The notes under the pieces are model-generated. The model saw only the letters and a list, made by a program, of their open reading frames with translations. It ran no database searches and was not told the DNA's origin. DNA of 64,000 bases from Dudresnaya verticillata (lineage: Eukaryota): positions 992,001 through 1,056,000 of the forward strand of contig OZ374558.1 of NCBI GenBank assembly GCA_977862235.1, given 5' to 3'. Below are positions 35,843 through 45,740 of this stretch, piece by piece. Numbering within the stretch: position 1 is the stretch's first letter; every line of letters starts with the position of its first letter. Made by a program: the position numbers and the translations under genes.

Positions 35843-36436
35843 TGTAGCACAACGGGTCCAGCCCAGGAAGAGCAAAAAGAGCAAAGGACACCTGTTTGGA
35901 ACCGTCGTGCTCACAGGTAGCTCGGGTGTGGTAGAGGGTTTGGTAGAATGGCGCTTGGCCAGGAAAAAGGAAAAGTAAAAGGGGGACGCGACCCGGTATT
36001 CCGCAGGGAACCTGCCGTACGGTGACGAGCCTGTCGTTGGCGTCCAAAACGGGAACGGGAAGCGCCCGGAATCCAGAATATGGCCAAGACCGAGAAACGC
36101 CCCGTGGGGTTCAATCAGGGGTGCCCTGCTATTCAGGGGACCAATAAATAGGGCTTGTGCCCGTGCTAATACTAACTACTACAGTGTACTGTACAAGAAT
36201 TACATTGAGCAATGGGAGGCGGATCTACGCCCCTGTGGCGGCGTATAATCGGGAAATATCCCAACGCCGCACCAATGACCAGGCGCCAATTGCTCGTCTG
36301 AGGCGCAGATGAGTTCGCGCCCAATCCCGTATCGAATCATGGCGCAGTCCACCAATGCCAGCGCCTTACAGGGCATTGGCCCGTTACGACTTACAGCGTC
36401 GAGCGCCCACTTGGCGCAAATCGCCGTTGTGCCACA
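35843..36436 (-). repeat. 5' LTR (594 bp)
   Basis: TGTAGCAC...GTGCCACA, direct repeat of 23818-24417. Confidence 0.95.
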
Positions 36437-36754
36437 GTAGCTTCGTGAACGATGGCGCCGACGAGAGCGATCTCTGCGAGACGAGCGGCGATGAGGGGAG
36501 TCTTCATCACTTCGTTCGCTCCAAACCGAGCGACGACGCTTTCGGCGGCGTGCGTCGCGATCCGGGTCTTGAGTCTGAATCGGTGGCGGGGCGTACCCCT
36601 GCGGGGCGACCCCCAGGTAGACAGGCTGCGGGGCTGTGGCGTAGACAGGGGGCGGTGCTGGCGCTGTGGCGTAGATCGCTTGCGTGTGCGCGGGATACGT
36701 CGCCGGTGGCGGCGCCGCCGCATAGTGCGGGGCCCCTGGGTACGGGTGATACAT
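36437..36754 (-). pseudogene. MULE accessory ORF, 5' part (Pro/Tyr/Ala-rich then RS-rich)
   Basis: MYHPYPGAPHY...RRSSRRDRSRRRHRSRSY, running into the LTR. Confidence 0.7.
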
Positions 36755-37083
36755 GTGCGAGGGGCAGAGAAGGTAGAGGGAGGCAGGAAGAGGTGTGGGG
36801 GTGGTGGGGGCGGTGGGGGCGGAGGGGGCGGTGGGGGGAGGGGGCGGCGATGCACAGGGAGGGTGGGCTGGGGATTAAGAATCCGCAGGATCAGGGCGGG
36901 AGGGCGCGGATCAAAATCGCCCGCGCAAAAAGGCTACCGGCCGACGCGCGGTCGGCGCGCGCGCGCGCGCGCGCCGAATTGTCCCGTCACGCTCCAAGCG
37001 TCCCGCGCTGAAGACCGCCGCGGGTGCGCCGGTGTGAAGATGGGTGCGGCGGGTGTGAAGATGGGTGCGGCGGGTGCGCCAGC

Positions 37084-37298
37084 GCGCCGTGGAGGAGATG
37101 GATGGCTGAGAGGCGGGACACGTGTCTTTCCGTGAGGACGAATCGAACTGGCACGCGGTCATTGGTGGAGATGGGAGTATGAGGATGCCGCTTTATTAGC
37201 GAATGGGGAGGTGAGGACGAAGCCGTATAAGCCAATCATAGAGCTGGAGACGAAGTTGATTGAAACCCGTCCCACCCCGGGTGCCACGGGGCTGCCCC
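37084..37298 (-). repeat. MULE right terminal inverted repeat
   Basis: Reverse complement of 15155-15369. Confidence 0.95.
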
Positions 37299-37314
37299 GG
37301 TAGAGATGCCCTAA
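37299..37314 (-). other. Putative PIF/Harbinger terminus with TTA/TAA target
   Basis: Minus strand TTA|GGGCATCTCTACC; joins to GTAGAGAGC at 15145, about 165 bp upstream of the Harbinger ATG. Confidence 0.65.
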
Positions 37315-39679
37315 ATATATTAAATGTTATTTTAAGCGGCTCGCGATGTGTGCGCCGTGGGGCGTGCGCGCCTCGGTGCGGCCGCAGCAGATAATACTGC
37401 AGAAACGTTTTCTCGAGGTCGGGGGCGCATGAGAATCAATGTAGGCGGCCGGATGAGTGCGGAAAGCTCGGACGAAAACCAGCGTTGGTACTAACGAATT
37501 ACATCCCTCTAGGATATGGGCAACGGATCACAGAAAATAGGCCAAGTGGAACAATCCCCACCCAAATGGACACGGCCATTTTCTGGACTTTACATGGCAA
37601 GAGCTTTGCTATTAAGGTATGTGTTAAGGGTACTTTATGATGCCCCTGAAGTTTGGAAAAACGTGTTCTCCTAAAATCACTTGGTCATTTCCTAGTCCGC
37701 AACAATGGGGCTTGGATATGAGCGCTCGCCTGGGACCACAGCTTCTCAGGTTTACGGCGCAGACTATTAACCCCCCTTCAGAGCTTTCTGTCTTGCTCTT
37801 CAAGAAACGTCCCTCTCTCTCAAAACTTCTTTGGAATTGTTTCAATCCACTTAATCGGTACAAACACTGCAGCAGAATGAGATACGCTGTAAAATTTTCT
37901 CAGTCCATTACTATAGAGAACCCCACCGGAAAAAGCCTCGACATCTTTGTCTCAATTGGCGTACATGTGCTGTTTGATTTACTGCTACATGTGTTAAACC
38001 AATCAGACAGAAGAGAGCCTCCTGTGAGATCTTTGTTAGTAAATATAAAATAGCAGAATGGGGAAGACACGCACATGGAGCCATATTAAAGAGATGTGTC
38101 CTCTCCAGAGTCCAGGACAGATATCTCTTCTAAGCAAGAGGAGGAAATGTACTCGCGAAGATAGGAGCATTTAGTCAGTTCCCCAAGGGAAATAGACAAA
38201 TTGGCATGTCCTGGTCGAAGGACCTTAATAACGTCGGAAAGATTGAAAAGAGCGAGTTGATGTTGTCCGTATTTGCAATTTGCACGGAGTTCGGCAATCT
38301 GATTGAAGTGACGTAAAGGAAACCATTCTACGAAACAAATCAATTGCAGTAGTGAAAGCAACACAGAATGGTGCGAAAGAAGGCAACTGAATGCAAACGC
38401 AACGTGTCTTGAAAGACATGACCACGCCATGCATCCGTTTCAATTGTGATGGAGGTAGTGTGGAGCCCTTCAATTCAAGCTAGAGCATGTCATATAAACT
38501 TGCACAAAGCTATACCATGAGCTATGTAATCCTGATGGGAAGCTCCACAAGTGATATGCTGGAGGAAGAACATTAATGCGAAGACAAAACGGTTGGCTTA
38601 CACACAATGGCCGTTGGGGAATGTCAATAGGGAGTACCGTAATCTCATTTGCATTCGCGGTAATGTGAAAGAGAGATACCACCTCCTAGCTAGATTCTAG
38701 ATCTGAACAACCATTGTGTATGTCGGAAAGGGCACTATCTGCCAAGTCATGGTTTCTTCAGCCCAATTAGTGTGGGATATGCACAATGAGTGTTGCACGT
38801 GCAGCACTCATTTCGCAAATCCCGCTGTGCTGAAGGACCACAATTCGAGCAAACTGTATGGGAGAGGATGTTGCTGCACATTCCCTTGTCCCTAGTCGGT
38901 TATATAAATGGATGCTCAGGTAATGTATACGACACTGTGGTTCATTCCTTTCTGTGTATGGTTGACGCTTCTTCGTTCGAGAGCCACAAATTCAGCCAGT
39001 GCCTGGTACGGACGTTTGTTCAGGCGTTGGGCCCGTTCTTGCGACCAGGGATTTCTAGAAGTGTTGGAAGACACATAGAAAGCCCACAGGGCATCCTCAT
39101 GAAATGAGAAAGGAGTATCTCTAATTCATAAATGGACCTGTGGGATATGTATGTTTCGACTTGTCGTGTGCAGAGATGCTCCGCTGCTAACTCAGGCAGT
39201 TAGCCCCTCCGTCGCCAAGAAATGCTACGACTGCGGTATGGTTTGGACGAGCATGCATCCAAGGTACGTTAACCTCCAGCTACAATTGCAGCAGAGACCT
39301 AAGCGTTTCAGGTTTGACAATGTATGACGAAGATTTACGGGTTCTTACAAACCTACCAGTTACATGTAGTAAAAAACCGTTGCAAACCACCGGATTCTAT
39401 TGCTGGCGGTACGTAACGTGGTATAGCATACCAAAGGAAATGAAAAGCATACCACACTCTTTCGGGCCAAGTGTATTGATGCACTCCACTCGCAATCCTT
39501 CATCGGCCTGACCATGAAATTCTTGTATGTCTTGAGAATACACCATGATCTCCTCATTGAGTATTTCAGGGACATTATACTCACCGGGATGAAGATGATA
39601 TTACAATGCCCCAGTTGAATATGAGAAAAAACGATGCGCATCCCAGCGAGAAGGGAAGAAGCAGGATCTTTTACAATGT

Positions 39680-40156
39680 TTAGACACACTCTTCTACGAA
39701 GAGTCGCATGCCAGCACGAGCCCTCTTTTTGCTAAATAATCTAGGCTTCCTCTTCCTCTTAGGGATTTGAATCCTGAGACAAGCTGCCCTGAGGTCCTTC
39801 CTGGTACCGAACTGTAGCAAGCAAGCCCTTATTGCTCCTCGCAGAAGTTCCTTATCAATGTGAACATTAGGACGTAGGGCAGCGCGACGGGTAACACGAA
39901 GAAAATGACAGCTACATCCGTAGAAATTGTCAATACGAGAACGTGGGCACTTGAACAGACCGGTATTCTCGGTACTTGGAGTAGGCGATGCTTCAAGCGA
40001 CGCTTCAGCAGTTACACCCGGTTTGACTAATTTTTCCGCGATGAATGACAGCCCATCTTCTTTGTTTTCGAACTTCTCCTGAGACAATAGCTCTGATAAA
40101 CAGTGGGCTTGTAGGAATAGGACGAGTAGCATGAAAATGAGGGAGGAAATCTTCAT
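39680..40156 (-). CDS. Predicted secreted six-Cys basic protein, paralog A (158 aa)
   Basis: Signal-peptide-like N-terminus; ~90-aa C-terminal domain about 60% identical (manual count) to 54401-54898; TATAAAAG about 180 bp upstream. Confidence 0.85.
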   Translation of the reverse strand: MKISSLIFMLLVLFLQAHCLSELLSQEKFENKEDGLSFIAEKLVKPGVTAEASLEASPTPSTENTGLFKCPRSRIDNFYGCSCHFLRVTRRAALRPNVHIDKELLRGAIRACLLQFGTRKDLRAACLRIQIPKRKRKPRLFSKKRARAGMRLFVEECV

Positions 40157-43100
40157 CCTCTGATGTTCAACTTTTCACTTTCACTGAGGGAACAGCGCGG
40201 AATTCTTCGATGAATCCAACAATCTGAAAGCGTAGGATAGGATGGTTGAAGTAATGAGAACCAGGGAATGGGCTTGAATAGAACTGAGCAGAACTGTTCG
40301 GAAGAGCTGAGCCCGAGGCAAACCTGCCAAGCTCCTTTTATACCACTGTGAGTGGGTTCCAGGCCTGTCCTCACATCTCTTGGCCCTTTGCAAGTCTCTA
40401 TCATACAGAAACCCGCAAGACTGCCTGGATGTCGCCCCTGTGCCCCACCCGTACCATGTCGGTCGCGTGAAGTGGTAAAGTGTTCCATGGTGACGTGGGT
40501 TTGCCCAGAATATGACAAGGAGAGTGGCATCTGCGGAAAACGAGTTAGAGATACATGCATTTCGCGAGGTATTATCGCTGCGGGGAGCGTGTATGCTTCA
40601 AGCAGTGTGTCGATTGGACCTAGCAGGGCATGAGTCAGGTAGGTAGAAGAAAACAGGCTCCGCAACTGATGATGGCACCTGAAGGGTTGAGGAACTGTGG
40701 AGTGATTTGGTGGAAAGTACGCTTTTCTGGTGGAAAACGGAGCGTACAATACGAATGAATTGAAACAAGAAAGGATGGCCACGATTGACGAGCCAGTCAA
40801 AGCGAGAGGTTTTGGTGAGAGCTTTCTCAGCTTCACGGCCAGAGTGTCGTGTCAGAGTATCATAGAGGAGTCCGGTTAATGATTATTAGTCCCACGAAAT
40901 GCACCGGGTCTCGCAGGAAACGGGTCGTGGGTTTGGTAAACCGCTTTTTGCGAGGTATACGCGGGGACGCCAGTCTCCCTACTCCGTTCCCGGAGAAATA
41001 AACGTCTGCAAGAGAACCTTTACCTAGCTCGGTCTTACTAACAGAATATTCCTCTTGTGACATAAGGTCGAAAGAGAAGGACCTGTAACCCTGCAACACT
41101 TGCCAAAGCAACCGGTCAAGCGCGGGACACATGCTTGCGATTTGCAACCGAGGAAGTGGTACGCGGGGACATTTTATTTCTAGAATTCCCATCATGTTCT
41201 CGATACATTCCTCTTGTTAACCATCTAAGCTTAAACTTAAGTGTTCCATTTTCGCAATCTCATTTGCAAAATTGCTGCCAAGTGTTCGGCAATAGATCGC
41301 ATCCCATACATAACTCTGGGATCCCCAAATCAAGCGTTGTGCTGTGTGCCCTACATACGGAACAGACTACTCCCAATCGTACTATAAATAGGAAGCAATC
41401 ACAAACTCTATTACGATTGTTCAGACTTTTCCTATCTTCGTAGATTCAGAATCAGAAGCCACATGGGAATAACACATTTTCAAACACATTTTCAATTGTA
41501 ATCCTGTTAAGGTGAAGATCCCCCGTTAAAGTCAATTTACAAAGCGGTACTGATTCAACATTCTTATCGAAAAGGGCGAAAGCGTCAGAAAAGTGCATCT
41601 GTACTATCATTGCAGCACATTTGAAGAGCATGAGAACGATCGCAAGCAACCATTTTTTTATTGTTGGTTACGGATACGAATTTAAGAGCTTTGCATAAAA
41701 ACCATGATGCGGACACTCACGATCCCACTAGTATGATATTACTAGGACCGCAGTAAACGACAAGCACCATACAGCAACACATCCCATTGCAATGAGCCGG
41801 AAGCAATAGCATTTCTAACATAAAATTAGGTACCTGTTGTCATAGTCACAATGAAGAGCTTGGTTGCATACAGCGAGAGAAAGGAATTAACATCGCCAGA
41901 AGCCTATGGTCATTATAAATGTGAGTGATAGTAGAAAATTGAATATAGGCGGCCTTCTTCACAGAGCAATGGATTAATGGACATCTCAGTATGCCCATGT
42001 ATCGAGAGATGTATGGTTTGTAGATGTTTTCCAAACTCGGTAGGTGCAGTGATCACCTGCATTGACTCCTCCGTGCCCGCAATGTGGAAAAATTCAACAG
42101 CCTTTATGGTTGATCTGTCACAGTCATATTTTCTCTATTCTCCAATGAATAAGTTGTTATTTACACGCAGTTATTACTGAACCGATGTCTGTGACTACAG
42201 ATATGCCTATCCTTCTCGTTAGCCAGCAGTAATTCGATCATGTATATACTTTCTCCAGAGTTCTTTGCAACGCTTGCTTTCCACTCACTTCATTGCGTGT
42301 TTTACTCTACATAGCGGCCAGTTTGTGCAATAAACAAACACCACTAAATACTGTGCTGGTTATCGTACGACGTTGTCTAGGATTCTGTACATGTGATAAA
42401 AAGATCGCATTCACTTCTTCGAGTGTTTCGGGCATTGCTTACGACAATACAGACGTGCTGCAGCTGTCAGTAGTATGATTTTCTCAACGTAAGCGACACA
42501 ACTCACAATGAGGCTCTTTAATAATACTCTTTTGAAGCGCAACAATTTCTCCTTAACGGGACATGGGAGTGTGGTTGTTGCAATCGTGATCGTAAGTGTA
42601 GGTAAGGATGAGGCGGTACAACATGCCCGCGGGGTGAATATGTATTCGAAGTGTATACCCATGAGGTAGTGGCTCTTGAGTTCACAACGATAACCAGATG
42701 AGTAGTGCGACCGAAACTGAACATCTGCTAAGCGTTATGGCGGTTCATTTGGATCCGTAACTGAACTATCTGAGATGAATTCGTCTTTTCTGGAAGCATT
42801 TACATAGTTCTGGGAAACATTGTGTTCCGCGCTTGTTGCAAAGAATGGCGCCTGCAGAAACCGCGCATATACTCGTAATAGTATATTTTGCTCCGGTGTT
42901 TGGATGTATGGATTCGCTGTTTGTCCGTCAGGTTGCTAGCCCCGATTCTTCGGATAATAATGTCGCATGGCAATCCTCAATACCAAGGTGTCTGCCACCG
43001 CTTCTGAGACAGGGCACTTGTGACAAACGGATCGCAACCAGATCCCAACAGACCATAGTAACCAACAACTAGGATAACCGGGAACTTTATTGGTGGATGT

Positions 43101-43401
43101 AGTAGGAGATCCATGAATCCCTGTATAGTAGTGCAATATCCGAAGCCTTAAAAGACACCTGTTAGCTGAGAGTTTTTGGAATAGTGCACGAAGCCTCGTC
43201 GTGGGAATTTGTCACTCGCCGCACAAAGACGCTCTGTAATGCCAATGTGGTTGAGGGTTTTCCTTGCCCCTGTATCCAAGCTCCACATGTGTTGCACAGT
43301 CCAATTGGAACCAACTCCATGTACTCTTGTTCCACTCTGTTCTTGTCGTGAGCCAGCTTAGAAATTTCTGCTAGCCATACAGGACAACATGACTGAGAGC
43401 C

Positions 43402-44028
43402 TTAACCAACTCTGATGTTGATGTCAAGTGGACTGCTTCTCTTATCACAAGGGCTTCGAACCCTTGCTCTCACGGAAACAATGTCGTCCGGGGTTGAAGA
43501 TGAGTTCTTCTCCGGAAAGCTTCGAGAACCGGATCGCTTCGCCGGAGACGCACGGGAGACCGAAGGCCCATTCTTTGAACCAGAATTGGAAGAGCATTTC
43601 ACCTTCTTCTTCTTCTCAGCAACTGGCTCTGCGACCTGCCTAGCGCGTGATTCATTCTTGTTATTAGAAGCTGCCTTACGCGAATGTGCCTTGCTCGAGG
43701 ATAGCTTTCCCGAGGATGCCTTGCTCGAGGATGCCTTGCTCGGGGACGGCTTGCTCGAGTATACGTTGCTCGAGTATGAAGTGCTTGAAGAGGCCTTAAG
43801 CGACTTGGTCGTACTCGATATGGCCGTTCACGAAGAAATATTCGAGCGTCCTCCCGTCGAAGTGGTATTCTTCCTACTCGCAGAGGCTCTCTTGTGTGAC
43901 GAAGAGGTTCTCTTCGACGTAGATGGCTTCGCGGCAGGTCCCCTCTGGACCTGACCGTTTCTCGGGCCTGCGGACGCGTTTGCCCCACTACTAAAGCACG
44001 CCAGAAATCCTTTCCGAAGGTTTTCCAT
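43402..44028 (-). pseudogene. Ser/Lys-rich basic protein with KASSS repeats, one internal TGA
   Basis: ATG 44028 (MENLRKGF), frame open to TAA 43402 except TGA at 43828-43830; C-terminus resembles that of 44841-45740. Confidence 0.65.
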
Positions 44029-44777
44029 ACTTGCAGCGACACAGTCCAGACTTGTGAGGCAGTATGAGCAACGTGGCGCAGTGTCGCACGGAGCTCTGCG
44101 GCGTTGAAGCGTCGGCGCAGGTGCGTGCTGCAGACTCACGGAGTAGTGGAGAGCGTTAGACGGGAGCTGGCTCCGTCAAGAGGAAGAGCCGGGCACTTCG
44201 AACGAGGCAAGGTGAAGGCTGAGTTGGTAGCTGTGCTCAGCAACGCGTCGCAGCAGTTGACGAGCTGCCCGCGAAGAACGAGAGAGGCGAGAGTGGGCCT
44301 TCGCGGGCCGTTCCCAAAATTCCGGGCGTCGGGGCGCGGTTTGGGAGGGAATCGTTGAGTTTTCGATTTTCCCGCGCTTGGGCCGCAACAGCAGAGCCCT
44401 AACTCGCGGGCGTCGACCGGTAGCGTTGCCGGTGCGAAACGACTCGAGCGCTAGAAGAGGAGCGTTTTGAGTGAGCCGTGGCACAGACCATCACAAACAA
44501 ACTCGCGCAATCACATCATCACCGCCTGGGCCTGCACTCTCAACCGCTCGTCTCCACTGCTACCCTCCCTTTCGCACCCCTCACCTCGTGCTGTGCTCTC
44601 CACCCCGAGCTCACCAGCTCCCTCCGCAACCCCACCCGCCCCTACGCTGCCCTCCGCATTCACGGTCTCTCCCTCCAGAAGCACATCTAACCCTGCCGCG
44701 ACGATTCTCTCTCCCTCCTCAACTGCATCGATTCCTATCCTTCTCTGTCCAGTCTTCCGCGACCCAAGCCACGAGCA

Positions 44778-44822
44778 GTAAGTCTCCTTCGTACATGTAC
44801 GCTCTCGTCTGACGCGACGCAG
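44778..44822 (+). other. Putative 45-nt 5'UTR intron
   Basis: GTAAGT donor, CTGAC branch-like site, GCAG acceptor, 18 nt before ATG 44841. Confidence 0.6.
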
Positions 44823-44840
44823 GCTTGACCCAAACCAGTC

Positions 44841-45740
44841 ATGTGCTGTAGGTGCACAACTCGCACGAAGAAGTCGTCCGGAATTGGCAATGCCAAGAGG
44901 AATGCCATTGTTCATGGCGGCATGGCTGCTGAGAAGAAGAAGGTTTCTGCCAAGCCGAAGAATCATGTTGAGTTTGAGGAGTCTTGCTACATCGACAAGT
45001 ATGGAAAGCGGTGCTGCCCTGTAGGCTCCGTCGCCAAGAACCTGGTTGACCCCGTAGCCCCTCGGAAAGGTAAACTTCCGCAGTCCAGCAAGCGCGGCTC
45101 TAACGCCAGAAAGGAAAAGACCGCGTCCGCTCCTCAGAAGAACGCTAGTGGAAAAGTGGGTGGGAAGGCAGACCAGCAGTGCCATGCTGCCATCTTGCCG
45201 GAGAAGAAGGGAGGGGTGAAGCAAGCTGCCCCGAAAACTGCTTGTAGGAATGGAGCGTGTACCACAAAGCCTCGCGCGACGAAGAACAAAGCTTTGAAAG
45301 AAGCCGAGAAGAGGTGCAGAGGATCTGGAAAGCAAACGCGTTGCATTCCAGCCTGCAATATTGCAGATGAGAAGAATTGCTGCATCAACAGAGATGTGTG
45401 CAAGAAGAACGGAAATTCTCCAGATGGCCAGAAAGAAGCGGCTCAAGAGGCGATAGCGAAAGGTGCGAAAGCCGCAGCCACCCGAAAGCGTGCCATCCCC
45501 AATGCACAGGGAAAGCGAGTTGTGAACAGGGGCGGTGACCGGGGTTCTGGAAAAGAGTACTCTGCATCATGCTGCTTAGTGCCGCCAAACCAGAAGGGAA
45601 GCTCCTCTAGCTCTGCCAAAAGAGCAACCTTCTCCAGGGATCCGTCCAAGGACTCTTCGTCGGACTGCGATCAAAATGTCTTTGTCCGCACAAGAGTTGT
45701 CGGGAAATCGGTTGAGGTCAGCGTGCGTATTAGAAGCTGA
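44841..45740 (+). CDS. Lys/Cys/Ala-rich basic protein of unknown function (299 aa)
   Basis: Long ATG ORF with strong compositional bias, repeated CC pairs and an upstream intron signal. Confidence 0.75.
   Translation: MCCRCTTRTKKSSGIGNAKRNAIVHGGMAAEKKKVSAKPKNHVEFEESCYIDKYGKRCCPVGSVAKNLVDPVAPRKGKLPQSSKRGSNARKEKTASAPQKNASGKVGGKADQQCHAAILPEKKGGVKQAAPKTACRNGACTTKPRATKNKALKEAEKRCRGSGKQTRCIPACNIADEKNCCINRDVCKKNGNSPDGQKEAAQEAIAKGAKAAATRKRAIPNAQGKRVVNRGGDRGSGKEYSASCCLVPPNQKGSSSSSAKRATFSRDPSKDSSSDCDQNVFVRTRVVGKSVEVSVRIRS

Larger units (their letters stand above)
23818..36436 (-). mobile_element. Ty3/gypsy LTR retrotransposon with integrase chromodomain and antisense extra ORF
   Basis: Paired TG...CA LTRs, PBS, PPT, gag-PR-RT-RH-INT-chromo order, 5-bp TSD GTAGG/GTAGC (one mismatch). 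Confidence 0.97.
15155..37298 (+). mobile_element. Mutator-like element (MULE), 22.1 kb including nested gypsy element
   Basis: 215-bp TIRs, 9-bp TSD GGTAGAGAT at 15146-15154 and 37299-37307, MULE transposase inside. Confidence 0.95.

Noticed and set aside
37600..42750. Traces resembling a decayed gypsy pol (DQVILG near 37670, VHFVGL near 40895, IYNDHR near 41910)
   Set aside because: Fragments are too short and not in a coherent order; needs a translated search.
43415..43954. 179-aa Leu/Glu-rich plus-strand ORF
   Set aside because: Antisense shadow of the KASSS-repeat gene on the minus strand.
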